NCBI GenBank assembly: GCA_018383975.1
Contig: JAHAZT010000003.1
Location: 1 to 57,669, forward strand
Direction: 5' to 3'
Source: Eubacteriales bacterium
GTDB taxonomy: Bacteria; Bacillota; Clostridia; Oscillospirales; CAG-272
Length of the DNA: 57,669 nt
Shown here: positions 43,227 to 53,428 of the stretch, one piece after another
How the letters are laid out: each line of letters starts with the position of its first letter
How positions within the stretch are numbered: the stretch's first letter is position 1
The notes under the pieces: model-generated
The model's input: the letters and a program-made list of their open reading frames with translations, nothing else
What the model was told of the DNA's origin: nothing
The model's database searches: none
Position numbers and translations under genes: made by a program

Positions 43227-43976
43227 TCACTTCTTTCTGCAAACATAAAAAATTCTTTCGCTCGCTCCGGTGACGGGAGCGCCCGAAACATCGGAAACGG
43301 TTTCGCAGAGCTCAAGCCCCGCTTTTCCGATGACATTTTTCAGCGTCCTTTCGCTATACATTCTCTGCCTCTGATATTCGTCCGTCCTCTGCCACTTTTC
43401 GCCGTGCTTTTCAAAAAAGGTCAGATAAAAATCGCATATGCCGTTGTCCTTTTGATAATAATTCTGCCACGAAAGGAAAAGCCCATCCGTTTCATAGATA
43501 AAGGTGTTGTCGGCGATGACGTTTTCATATTTATATTTACTGTTGACGTCAAAGATAAACACTCCGCCCTCACAAAGGCTTGCGGAAACTCTCTCAAAGC
43601 ATGAGGAAAGCTCCTCTCTCTTTGTCAGATAGTTTATTCCGTCAAAGCTGCATATCGCCGCTCCGTAGTTTTCGCCGCAGTCGAGCTTTGCCATGTCCTG
43701 CTCTAAAAGAAGCACCCTTATGTGCTTGTCAGACGCCTTTTTCAGCGCGGCGGAAAGCATTTCGCAGCTTATGTCAACCCCCGTCACTTCATAGCCCTTT
43801 TCCGCCAGAAGCACGGAAATGCTCCCCGTTCCGCAACCGAGGTCAATCAGTCTTTTCGGCAGAGACGGCGCATATTTTTCAATTATTTTTTCATAAAAAC
43901 CGGCATACAAAGCGTAATCAATATCAGCCATAAGGCTGTCGTAATGCCGCGCAAGTATTGAATAGCTGTCCTCCAT
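43227..43976 (-). CDS. Class I SAM-dependent methyltransferase
   Basis: 249 aa. Motif I LIDLGCGTGSISVLLAEKGYEVTGVDIS. Confidence 0.7.
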   Translation of the reverse strand: MEDSYSILARHYDSLMADIDYALYAGFYEKIIEKYAPSLPKRLIDLGCGTGSISVLLAEKGYEVTGVDISCEMLSAALKKASDKHIRVLLLEQDMAKLDCGENYGAAICSFDGINYLTKREELSSCFERVSASLCEGGVFIFDVNSKYKYENVIADNTFIYETDGLFLSWQNYYQKDNGICDFYLTFFEKHGEKWQRTDEYQRQRMYSERTLKNVIGKAGLELCETVSDVSGAPVTGASERIFYVCRKK

Positions 43977-43988
43977 TTTTCTCCCCTC

Positions 43989-44657
43989 TTATCTGAAAAG
44001 TGTCTCGCCGTCGCCGAAATACACCGCCTTGCGACAGATGAAAACCTCGCTCTCCGCAAGCGCGGGTATCTTTTCCGTTATATATTTTATGAGAAGATTC
44101 GGGCCGACAAACGTCAGCTCCTTGCAGGAGAGCTTTGCCCTCAATGTCAGCATTCCGTTTTCCGCCCTGCAGGAAAGCAGACGCATATTTTCCGAGATGT
44201 TGAATTCATACGTGCCGGCTTTGCCCGTTTTTTCGACGGTTATCTCGCCCGAAAGAGCCTCTACGACCTCACCTTCAAGGTCGGTCGCCGCAGGCGTTTC
44301 AAAGGCAATTTCATAATCCGCCCAACCAATATCGGAGAACTTGCTCTCCGGCTCGTATGCGGAAAGCGCACGCAGCCCCTCCGGAAACGACTCATTGAGT
44401 CTTCGGCAGATGACGTCATACGGAACGTCCTCCGTCATTTTGAAATCGATGAATTCGCATTCGCTCGAAACGCCGACGGAAAGCGGCGGAGAAAACACCG
44501 TTTTCGGATGAGGATTGAACCCCTGCGAATATACTATCGGCAGTTTTGAACGCAGAAACACGTTCTGCATCGTGCGGTTCAGGTCGAGGTGCGATATATA
44601 TTTCAGCGCACCCGTTTTTGAAAATTCAACTCTTATTTTTTTGACTTCGGGCAACAT
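43989..44657 (-). CDS. TIGR03936-type radical SAM-associated protein (DUF2344)
   Basis: 222 aa. KIRVEFSKTGALKYISHLDLNRTMQNVFLRSKLPIVYSQGFNPHPK. It follows its usual radical SAM partner. Confidence 0.65.
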   Translation of the reverse strand: MLPEVKKIRVEFSKTGALKYISHLDLNRTMQNVFLRSKLPIVYSQGFNPHPKTVFSPPLSVGVSSECEFIDFKMTEDVPYDVICRRLNESFPEGLRALSAYEPESKFSDIGWADYEIAFETPAATDLEGEVVEALSGEITVEKTGKAGTYEFNISENMRLLSCRAENGMLTLRAKLSCKELTFVGPNLLIKYITEKIPALAESEVFICRKAVYFGDGETLFR

Positions 44658-46489
44658 GACCTTTCACCTCCGAGCTTATTCGCTCCGCAACCGGAGCATG
44701 CCTGCCTGCAATTCGGCGTTGTCTTTTCTTCAAACGCCTTGTGCCTTTCGCGCAGGAAAAATTCCTTCGTCATTCCTATGTCGATAACGTCCCAGGGGAG
44801 GATTTCGTCCTCCGCGCGTTCTCTGTTTGCATAGAAATCGGGGTCGATTCCGCACGACTCAAAAACGGAAATCCACTTGTCATAGCTGAAAAATTCCTCC
44901 CAGCTGTCCAGCTTCATGCCGCGCCTGTGCGCTTCCGAAATCGCCTTGCCGAGACGCCTGTCTCCCCTTGCGAACACCGCCTCGATACGGCTGACGGAGG
45001 CGTCGTGATAATTATATCTTATCTTTCTGTCCGTTATCTGCTCTTTAAGATACTGCTGCTTGCGGAGAAGCTCGTCAAATGCACATTGCGGCTCCCATTG
45101 GAACGCCGTGAAGGGCTTGGGAATAAAGCAAGCCGCCGATATCGTCACCTGCGGAGCCTTGCGGGGTCTGCCGGGGGTTGCGTAATATTCTTCGATAACA
45201 TCCTTTGCCAGCTTTGCAATGCCGTCAAGGTCGGCGTCGGTTTCGGTCGGCAAGCCCTGCATAAAATACAGCTTGACCTGTGACTTCCCGCCCTCAAACG
45301 CAACCCTGCACGCACGGAAAAGGTCTTTTTCCATTACGTTTTTGTTTATGACGTCGCGCAGGCGCTGTGTTCCCGCCTCGGGAGCGAAAGTAAGCGTGCC
45401 CGTGCGGACGGTTGATATTTTCTCCATAAGCTCCTTCGTAAAGCTGTCCACACGGAGCGACGGGAGCGAAAGAGAAATTTTTCTGTCATTTGTCCATTCA
45501 AGAAGCATATCCGTAAGCTGCGAGATGCACGAATAGTCGCTTATGGAAAGCGAGGAAAGCGTCATCTCTCCGTAGCCGGTGTTGTCCGCCAGCTTTTTCG
45601 CCTGCTCGCAAAGCACCTCCGGCGACTTTTCCCTCACCGGACGGAAAACCGCCCCTGCCTGACAGAACCGGCACCCTCTTATACAGCCCCTGTAAACCTC
45701 AAGAGTTATTCTGTCCTGAACCGTCTGAATGAACGGCACGATGAATTTTTCGGGGTACGGGGCTTTGTCCATATCCTCGACAATGCGCTTCTGAACCTTT
45801 TCCGGTACGTCCGGATATTTCGGCTCGAAGCGGCTTATCGTGCCGTCGGCGTTGTAATCGACGTCGTAAAGCGACGGAACGTAAATCCCCTTTATATGCG
45901 AGGCTTCCCTCAGGAATTTTTCCTTTGAATAACCGGCTTTTTTATGCTCGATATAAAGCTCGGTAAGCTCGATATTGACTTCTTCCCCCTCGCCGATTAT
46001 GAAAAGATCGACAAAGTCCGCAAGGGGCTCGCCGTTATAGGCGCAGGGACCTCCGCAGATGACGAGCGGGTCGCCGTCTCCTCTTTCGCTTGCGAGCAGC
46101 TTGACCTTGCCGAGCTCCAGCATATTGACAAGAGTCGTATAGCAAAGCTCGTACTGTATCGAAAAGGCGACCATATCGAATTCGTAAAGCGGATCGGACG
46201 ATTCAAGCGAGCAGAGAGGAATATCGTGCTCGCGGAGCTGCTCCTCCATGTCCGTCCACGGCGCAAAGCACCTTTCGCAGGCGATGTTTTCGTGCTTATT
46301 ATAAATGTCGTAAAGTATTCTCATTCCGAGGTTCGACATTCCGATTTCGTATATATCGGGAAAGCAGAAAACAATTCTTGCGTCAAGTCCCTCCTTTTTC
46401 TTTACTGTCTGTCCCCATTCACCGCCCGTATACCGCGCGGGCTTCTGGACTTTTTTAAGTATACTCTCCGGTATCTTCATCTTCGTCAT
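44633..46489 (-). CDS. TIGR03960-type B12-binding-domain radical SAM protein
   Basis: 618 aa. N-terminal KPARYTGGEWG and the radical SAM cluster CIRGCRFCQAG. Confidence 0.7.
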   Translation of the reverse strand: MTKMKIPESILKKVQKPARYTGGEWGQTVKKKEGLDARIVFCFPDIYEIGMSNLGMRILYDIYNKHENIACERCFAPWTDMEEQLREHDIPLCSLESSDPLYEFDMVAFSIQYELCYTTLVNMLELGKVKLLASERGDGDPLVICGGPCAYNGEPLADFVDLFIIGEGEEVNIELTELYIEHKKAGYSKEKFLREASHIKGIYVPSLYDVDYNADGTISRFEPKYPDVPEKVQKRIVEDMDKAPYPEKFIVPFIQTVQDRITLEVYRGCIRGCRFCQAGAVFRPVREKSPEVLCEQAKKLADNTGYGEMTLSSLSISDYSCISQLTDMLLEWTNDRKISLSLPSLRVDSFTKELMEKISTVRTGTLTFAPEAGTQRLRDVINKNVMEKDLFRACRVAFEGGKSQVKLYFMQGLPTETDADLDGIAKLAKDVIEEYYATPGRPRKAPQVTISAACFIPKPFTAFQWEPQCAFDELLRKQQYLKEQITDRKIRYNYHDASVSRIEAVFARGDRRLGKAISEAHRRGMKLDSWEEFFSYDKWISVFESCGIDPDFYANRERAEDEILPWDVIDIGMTKEFFLRERHKAFEEKTTPNCRQACSGCGANKLGGERSCCPKSKK

Positions 46490-49400
46490 CCTCGTTTTTT
46501 GTTTTTATTATTCTGCATATCGGCTTCATACGGCAGTATTTGCACGGGTCAGCGTCCTTGCAGTCGATCGGGGCGGCTTCCGCCGCGCCGCTCTTCATTT
46601 TCGCGGCACAGCCAAGCACCGTATTTCGGATTTCGTCCTTCAACGCATCGATTCTTTCGGGCGGAATCAGCTTTTTGTCTCTGCCTCTGCTGCTCTTCCC
46701 GAACGGCAGAAATTCACCCTTCAGACCGGGCTCCATAAGTCTTGCAAGCTCCAGTCCGTCAGCACCCGTTGCGGTGACTATTCCCGACGTGCCGAAGCCC
46801 TTCTGATCGGGGGAGCCGTCCGTTCTGATTTTTTCCGCATCAGAGTTTGTCCTGACGTACAGCACGCCTGCCGGAACGGGCTTTTTGCCGAAGTAATCCC
46901 CGCCGTTTTCGCAGAGGGAGAAAAGGTAAAGCAGCATCTGCATATCAAGCCCTTTGGAAACATTGTCGAGAGAAAATTCCTTTTTCCCCGTCTTGTAATC
47001 TATTACGCGCAGATAAAGGTTTCCGTCGTCGGGATTGTCGTACGTATCAATCCTGTCGACTATGCCCGAAAGGCTGACTACGCTCTGCCCGTCTTCGATT
47101 TTCAGCGCCCCGACGTTTCCTCCGTCGCCTATCGGAAATTCAAAATATTTCGGTCTGAATGCGCTTTCGGCAAACTCGCGTCGCATCCTTCCGACAAAAA
47201 CCTTGGTCCTGTCGCAAAGGTGATCCGTTATATGGCGCAGGCGCGGAGAAAGTTCTTCAATCGGCTTCCCCGTTACCGCCATTATATATTTTTCCCCCGC
47301 CGATCTTATCTCTTTCTCTATGTCGCTGTCCGTATATTGCGGGTCGGTTGCAAGCTTCGCCGCCGCTTCGAGCGCGGCATGCATGAAGCTGCCGATGTTG
47401 ACGGCGGAAAAATCCGCGCTGCCGTCATCGGATATTTTCAGCAGGTAGTCGCAGAAGTACATAAAATGACACTTGACGTAGCTTTCAAGCCGGGAATAGC
47501 TCGTTTTCAGCCTTCCGCCGAAAAGCTCCTCCGCAAGCGGCGCCGAGATTGCGCAGTTCTTTGCCGAAACGGGCTCCGTTGCATAGAGAATTCTTTCCCT
47601 GTATTCCGGTCTGGACGAAAGACAGTCGCTCAACGCGCGCGAGATTCCGTCGTTCTCCGAGAGCGCATATTCAAGCGCCGCGTCGAAGCCGTATATCATA
47701 TCCTCTTTCGGAATATCCGCAAACTTCACCGTAACGGCGTCCGGCAAGAGCCTCTTTATCTGCCGCAATGCCGCCGAGCCCTCCGTTTTTCCCTCCGGAA
47801 CGTATGTTATGAGCAACGCCTCCGATGGAGCGCACACCGCCTGATAAAAATAGTAATTTTCATCCGAAACCCGTCTGCTGAGATTTGAGGCAAAGTCGAC
47901 TCCGTTTTTGCGGAGCTCCGCCTTTTCGTTCTCGGAAAAAATCCCGTCGTCCGACACTCTCTTCGGAAATACGCCGTCCGTCGCGCCGAGGATATATACC
48001 GCCTTTGCCTGCGGACGCGTATTTGCCGCTCCGCCTATGATGACCTCGTCCACGGAGGTGGGTATCGAGCCTATGTCCGTCTCCGAAAACGCAATCCGGA
48101 GAAGCTGAAGAAATCCGTCGGAATCGACGGTTCTTTCGCCCGCACTGCCGACAATCTGGTCAAGAACGTCCATAAGCACGCGCCAGAGCTGAGAAAATTC
48201 CTCCGCGCCCGCTCCGTCGCCGGTTTTCTTCGCGAGAGCCGCGTCCGCATCCAGTTTGGACGGAATCTTCATAAGCAGGAGAAAATCGTAAAGCGCGGTT
48301 GCATGCTCCTTTACGGTCATGCGTTTTTTCGCCGCTCCCGCAAATCTGAGCAGCGGCCGACGCACGGTTTCTTTCAGATCATTCAGCTTTTCAAGCGTCT
48401 TTTCGTCGCCCTCGCGGGTCCTGTTGTCATAGCCGCGCAACGGTGCGCTCCATACCTCGTCCGACGTGAATTTCTTTCCGTGCAGGTTCCATTTCACAAG
48501 GTAATTTTCCAGCAGGTCGCAGTCATCACGCGATATTCCCGCATAATCTGTCTTTATGTATTCGATAATGTCGTTGAGGCGGAAGCCTCTGCCGATACAC
48601 GCATAGGCGGAATAAATGAATTTGACGATTCCCCTCTCGTTTATATCCGTCCGACGGGAAACATAATAGGGTATGCCGGCTCTTTCAAGCTCGGAATCTA
48701 TTATTCCGATATAATTTTCCGTATCGCGCACGATGATTGCCATATCGCGATATCTGTTGCCCCTGCGCACGCGCTTTGCGATGTCGGCGGCGACAGCCTC
48801 CGCCTCCTCGTATCTGTTGCGACATTCGATTATCGAAATATCGCCGCAGTTCCCCGTCAACGGCGTGTAATTTTTTGCGGAAAACATATTTTCCGCAAGA
48901 TATTCTATACCCTTGTTTTTGTATCTTATCCTGCGGGAAAGCGTCACCGGCGGCGCGATTGCCGCGCCGGCTCTCTTCGCCACGGCACGAAGCCTTCCGT
49001 CCGTTTCCTCAAGCGAGAGAAACGCCGCTCCGCCTTTGTCGTCCTCCGGCACATAGCCGAGAGTGATATACGTTTCGTTTGCGCGGGAGAAAATCACGGA
49101 GAGCATTTCATACTGTTGCTTGGTGAAGCTCATAAACGAATCTATGAAAACGTCGCTTCCGTTGAAAAAGTCATCGCAGATTTCGCACGCCTTCGATATT
49201 GCCCCGTTCGGCTCCGCCCATTTTTTCGCCGTTTCGCCGTCATATGCGGCAAATATTTTTGCCAGGTCGCGGAGCTTTGCCTGAACCTTCGGCTTTCCGG
49301 AAAGGAGCTCCGCCGTTTCGGCAAGCTGCTCAGGCGTTATCATATTTTTATAGAGTTCCGTTCTCTCGTCCGCCAGCTTGTTTATCATCGGAATGTCGCC

Positions 49401-49721
49401 GCGGGAGAGCTTGCCGTAGCATTCCAGTTCGTCGCCTGTATCGCAAAGAACGCCGCACATTATTATTTTTCTCGCGCCCTTGCCGATATAGCTTTCGCAA
49501 ATGCCGCCTTTTTTGCGGAATATGTAGTTTACGAGGCGGGAAAATGTGACAACGTCGATATTCTCTCCGCCGTCAAGCTCGGCGCATTTTCTTTCCGCCG
49601 TCACGGCTTCCCTGTCCGGCACGATGAAGAAAACCTGCCGGCTCCTTGCGGACTCGCTTGCCTTTGCATATAGCAGGTCGCTCTTGCCGGAGGCTGTCCT
49701 TCCGTATATGAAATGAAGCAT
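46455..49721 (-). CDS. addB: Helicase-nuclease AddAB subunit AddB
   Basis: 1088 aa. Walker A GRTASGKS, the PD-(D/E)xK nuclease motif VIDYKTGKK, and Fe-S cysteines (C..FMYFC and CKYCRMKPIC, i.e. CxxCx5C). Confidence 0.75.
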   Translation of the reverse strand: MLHFIYGRTASGKSDLLYAKASESARSRQVFFIVPDREAVTAERKCAELDGGENIDVVTFSRLVNYIFRKKGGICESYIGKGARKIIMCGVLCDTGDELECYGKLSRGDIPMINKLADERTELYKNMITPEQLAETAELLSGKPKVQAKLRDLAKIFAAYDGETAKKWAEPNGAISKACEICDDFFNGSDVFIDSFMSFTKQQYEMLSVIFSRANETYITLGYVPEDDKGGAAFLSLEETDGRLRAVAKRAGAAIAPPVTLSRRIRYKNKGIEYLAENMFSAKNYTPLTGNCGDISIIECRNRYEEAEAVAADIAKRVRRGNRYRDMAIIVRDTENYIGIIDSELERAGIPYYVSRRTDINERGIVKFIYSAYACIGRGFRLNDIIEYIKTDYAGISRDDCDLLENYLVKWNLHGKKFTSDEVWSAPLRGYDNRTREGDEKTLEKLNDLKETVRRPLLRFAGAAKKRMTVKEHATALYDFLLLMKIPSKLDADAALAKKTGDGAGAEEFSQLWRVLMDVLDQIVGSAGERTVDSDGFLQLLRIAFSETDIGSIPTSVDEVIIGGAANTRPQAKAVYILGATDGVFPKRVSDDGIFSENEKAELRKNGVDFASNLSRRVSDENYYFYQAVCAPSEALLITYVPEGKTEGSAALRQIKRLLPDAVTVKFADIPKEDMIYGFDAALEYALSENDGISRALSDCLSSRPEYRERILYATEPVSAKNCAISAPLAEELFGGRLKTSYSRLESYVKCHFMYFCDYLLKISDDGSADFSAVNIGSFMHAALEAAAKLATDPQYTDSDIEKEIRSAGEKYIMAVTGKPIEELSPRLRHITDHLCDRTKVFVGRMRREFAESAFRPKYFEFPIGDGGNVGALKIEDGQSVVSLSGIVDRIDTYDNPDDGNLYLRVIDYKTGKKEFSLDNVSKGLDMQMLLYLFSLCENGGDYFGKKPVPAGVLYVRTNSDAEKIRTDGSPDQKGFGTSGIVTATGADGLELARLMEPGLKGEFLPFGKSSRGRDKKLIPPERIDALKDEIRNTVLGCAAKMKSGAAEAAPIDCKDADPCKYCRMKPICRIIKTKNEDDEDEDTGEYT

Positions 49722-49736
49722 TTTCCCGTTCTCCTT

Positions 49737-50378
49737 TCAGAAAATTTCAACTATTCTTATATTCTCCCTCGGCACGAGAAACCTGACGAGCGAGAAAACA
49801 AAGCTTATATGAATATATGTCTTTCCGTCCTTTGGCTTTGACGCGCTCAGAAATCCGCATTTGAAAATGGAATTTGAAACGCACATAAGCGTTCCCTTCT
49901 TTTTCAGCTCCTCCTCGTATCCGCCGGCAACATCTTCATAGACTATATACACGGTTCCCGAAAGGTTCTCGAAGCGCCGCTTGCAGTGCTTCCTCGAAAA
50001 AACGGCGATAAGCGCACCGAACATTGAAATCAGGAATGCCGCGGGCAGAAGCAGAAGCGCAAGCACCGCCGCAATGGCAATAGTCGCGCCGCTCTGAATA
50101 AGGATAATTATAAGATACGCAATTCTGACAACCGACGACGCCAGAAGAAATCTTTTCAGCGCAAAAAATATTTTTGAGCATACATCCGCCGTTGCGGACA
50201 TGTTTATTGCGTTTTTGAGATACCCGACGTATCCGGAATTTCTTTCTGCGTTCGTCCTGCGGAGAAACTCCTTGACGGGCTCGTTATTTTTTCCCGTAAG
50301 GCTTGCCAGCCTGCGCTTGTAATATGCGTTTTCGGTTTTCAGTATCGCATTTTCTATTTTCAGCTTTTCGTGACTCAT
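49737..50378 (-). CDS. Membrane protein of unknown function (N-terminal coiled-coil segment, 2-3 TM helices)
   Basis: 213 aa. It ends 15 nt before the addB start. No motif recognised. Confidence 0.4.
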   Translation of the reverse strand: MSHEKLKIENAILKTENAYYKRRLASLTGKNNEPVKEFLRRTNAERNSGYVGYLKNAINMSATADVCSKIFFALKRFLLASSVVRIAYLIIILIQSGATIAIAAVLALLLLPAAFLISMFGALIAVFSRKHCKRRFENLSGTVYIVYEDVAGGYEEELKKKGTLMCVSNSIFKCGFLSASKPKDGKTYIHISFVFSLVRFLVPRENIRIVEIF

Positions 50379-50426
50379 ATCCGCATTTTCTCCTTCCGTG
50401 CATATTCTTTGCAGTCGCCGCCCGAT

Positions 50427-51257
50427 TTAATCATCCTCAAAGAGCAACTTCAGGTTTCTCTCAATCGTCTGTCTTCCGCGCCATGAAAACGCGCGCTTTC
50501 CGAACTCCTCGTCCGTCATTTCCGAAAGCACCTCCGGCGTGAGATTTTTTATTCTGTTTTCCCTGAAAAATTCAATCGGCGTTTCCGCTCCGCCGTCAAT
50601 CGCTTTTTTCACAAGCGGACAGACAAGCTGGCAGATATCGCAGCCCCACGCGCTGCCGTATTTTTTTATGTAGGCCTTTTCGTCCTCCGAAAGGTCGCCC
50701 TTTTTCTGCGTGACGGCGGAGAGGCAATCGAGCGAGTCGATTGTCATGGGGCAGGCGCGGCGGCACGCGCCGCAATGACTGCAATACGAAAGCGGAAAAT
50801 CGCCCTGCGAGTCACAGCCGAATTTTTCCGGCGCGTTGTCCGTAAAGATTCCCGCAAGAAAGACAAACGATCCGTATTTTTCGTTTATGATGACGTAACT
50901 GTCGCCGATTACGCCGAGTCCGGCACGGCAAGCCGCCTCCGCTTCTTCTATCGGGGATTTGTCCGCAAAGCCGACAAATCTTCCGCCGAAGCTTTCGCGC
51001 AGTTTTCCGCAAAGCCGCGGAAAAAGCTCATCGCAATAGGCGTGATAATCCATCGGACGCGCATAGAGCGAAATATTCCCTTCACCGTCGTTTATATAGT
51101 ACGGAATGAGAAACATTATCGCCGTTTTCGCCTCGTCCGCCGGCAGTCCCGCTCTTTGCAGAAGGTCGGGACGTCGCACCTTGCATTTTTCAATCGGGAG
51201 CGGAGCGAAGCATTCCGTTTTTTCGGAAATGAATATTCGGGAGAGCAAGTCGTTCAT
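50427..51257 (-). CDS. Epoxyqueuosine reductase (QueG)-family 4Fe-4S protein, short form
   Basis: 276 aa. YARPMDYH, AGLGVIGDSYVIINEKYGSFVFLAGIFT, and ferredoxin motifs CSHCGACRRACP and GCDICQLVCP. Confidence 0.5.
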   Translation of the reverse strand: MNDLLSRIFISEKTECFAPLPIEKCKVRRPDLLQRAGLPADEAKTAIMFLIPYYINDGEGNISLYARPMDYHAYCDELFPRLCGKLRESFGGRFVGFADKSPIEEAEAACRAGLGVIGDSYVIINEKYGSFVFLAGIFTDNAPEKFGCDSQGDFPLSYCSHCGACRRACPMTIDSLDCLSAVTQKKGDLSEDEKAYIKKYGSAWGCDICQLVCPLVKKAIDGGAETPIEFFRENRIKNLTPEVLSEMTDEEFGKRAFSWRGRQTIERNLKLLFEDD

Positions 51258-51425
51258 CTGCTTTATCTCCTTATCTTGCGTTTTTGCAAATTTTTCTTGA
51301 ATAAAATATCAACGTATGGTATAATAGATTGAGTAAACGGTGCGCATTGCACCCATAAAGATATTATAACAAATTTTCATAATAAATCAACAGAAAATGA
51401 TTAAAACATTGAGCGGAGTGATAAA

Positions 51426-53408
51426 ATGGCTGTCAAAAACAACACTTATAACGACAACAGTATAACCATGCTGAAAGGTGCGGAGCGTGTCCGCGCCCGT
51501 CCTGCCGTAATTTTCGGCTCGGACAGTATCGAAGGCTGCGAGCATTCCGTATTTGAAATTCTTTCAAACTCCGTCGACGAAGCGAGAGAAGGCTATGGGG
51601 ACAGGATAAACATAACCGTATTCAACGACCGCACAATCCGCATTGAGGACTTCGGACGCGGCGTCCCGCTCGACTATAACGAAAAGGAGCAGGCTTATAA
51701 CTGGGAGCTTGTCTATTGCGAGCTTTACGCCGGCGGCAAATATAACAATAACGACAGCGGCTCAAACTATAAATTTTCCCTCGGACTGAACGGTCTCGGC
51801 GCGGCTGCGACGCAGTGCTCCTCCGAATTTATGAAGGTGCAGTCGTATCACACGACGGAAATGCTTGAAATGAATTTCAAAAAGGGCGAGCCGGACGGCG
51901 AACTTATCCGCAGACCGCTTTCAAAAAAAGAGCAGAGAACGGGAACCATTGTCACATGGCGTCCCGACCTTGAGGTTTTCACGGATACGAATATCCCGAA
52001 AATATTCTTTGAAACAATGCTTGACCGTCAGGCTGTTGTCAATGCGGGACTGCGCTTTGTCTTCCGCTGGCAGACGATGGAGGGCGATTTTGAGGAAAAG
52101 GAATACTATTACGAGTCCGGCATAAAGGATTATATCGCAAGAATGGCAGGCGCGGAGGCGATAACTCCCCCGCAGTATTATCAGATGGAGACAAGAGGAC
52201 GCGACCGTGCCGACAAGGACGATTACAGCCTGAAAGCCGAATTCGCATTCTGCTTCTCAAACGCCTTCCAGCTCATCGAATATTATCACAACTCCAGCTT
52301 TCTCGAACACGGCGGCTCGCCCGATAAGGCGACAAAGACCGCCTTCGTCTATGCTATCGACAAATACATCAAGCAGACCGGAAAATACAATAAAAACGAT
52401 TCAAAGATAACCTTTGCGGACATTGAGGACTGCCTTGTTCTCGTCATAAACAGCTTTTCGACGGAAACGTCATATGCAAACCAGACGAAAAAGGCGATAA
52501 CAAACGAATTCATAGCCGAGGCTATGACGGACTATCTCAAAAGCACGCTTGAGGTTTATTTTGCGGAAAACCCGCTTGACGCGGACAAAATCGCCGCGCA
52601 GGTGCTCGCAAACAAGCGCAGCCGCGAAACGGCGGAAACAACACGCCTGAACCTGAAAAAGAAGCTCAGCACGTCAAATGACATAGCGTCAAGAGTTGAA
52701 AAATTCGTTTCGTGCCGCTCAAAGGATCCCGAAAGACGCGAGCTTTACATCGTTGAGGGCGACTCGGCTCTCACGTCCTGTAAGCTCGGCAGAGACGCGG
52801 AGTTTCAGGCGATAATTCCCGTGCGCGGAAAAACGCTCAACTGCCTTAAAGCGGGCTATGACAGGATTTTCAAGAGCGAAATCATAACCGACCTTCTGAA
52901 GGTCATAGGCTGCGGAGTTGAAGTAAAACAAAAAGGCGAGGCGACCTTTGACCTCGACTCCCTGAAATGGAGCAAAATCATCATCTGCACCGATGCCGAC
53001 GAGGACGGCTTCCAGATAAGAACGCTCATTCTCACAATGTTTTATCGGCTCCTGCCGACTCTCATAAAGGAAGGCAGGGTCTATATTGCGGAGTCGCCGC
53101 TTTTTGAGATTTCTTCAAAGGACAAGATATATTTTGCCTATAACGAAAAGGAAAAACTCGAAATACTGAAAAACATCGGCAACGCAAAATACACGCTGCA
53201 GCGCTCAAAGGGTCTCGGCGAAAACGAGCCCGAGATGATGTGGCAGACGACGATGAACCCCGCAACCCGTCGGCTCATAAAAATATGCGACGCGGACAGA
53301 GCGCAGACGGAATACATCTTTGAAACGCTCCTCGGCGACGACATCATCGAAAGAAAGGATTTCATAGCGCGGAACGGCAGATTCTATCTTGCCGACGCGG
53401 ATATTTAA
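51426..53408 (+). CDS. parE: Type IIA topoisomerase subunit B (topoisomerase IV ParE-like)
   Basis: 660 aa. GHKL ATPase N-terminus, and Toprim motifs EGDSA, PVRGKTLN and DADEDG. Confidence 0.7.
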   Translation: MAVKNNTYNDNSITMLKGAERVRARPAVIFGSDSIEGCEHSVFEILSNSVDEAREGYGDRINITVFNDRTIRIEDFGRGVPLDYNEKEQAYNWELVYCELYAGGKYNNNDSGSNYKFSLGLNGLGAAATQCSSEFMKVQSYHTTEMLEMNFKKGEPDGELIRRPLSKKEQRTGTIVTWRPDLEVFTDTNIPKIFFETMLDRQAVVNAGLRFVFRWQTMEGDFEEKEYYYESGIKDYIARMAGAEAITPPQYYQMETRGRDRADKDDYSLKAEFAFCFSNAFQLIEYYHNSSFLEHGGSPDKATKTAFVYAIDKYIKQTGKYNKNDSKITFADIEDCLVLVINSFSTETSYANQTKKAITNEFIAEAMTDYLKSTLEVYFAENPLDADKIAAQVLANKRSRETAETTRLNLKKKLSTSNDIASRVEKFVSCRSKDPERRELYIVEGDSALTSCKLGRDAEFQAIIPVRGKTLNCLKAGYDRIFKSEIITDLLKVIGCGVEVKQKGEATFDLDSLKWSKIIICTDADEDGFQIRTLILTMFYRLLPTLIKEGRVYIAESPLFEISSKDKIYFAYNEKEKLEILKNIGNAKYTLQRSKGLGENEPEMMWQTTMNPATRRLIKICDADRAQTEYIFETLLGDDIIERKDFIARNGRFYLADADI

Positions 53409-53428
53409 TGAAAGGGAGGTAAAAAACA

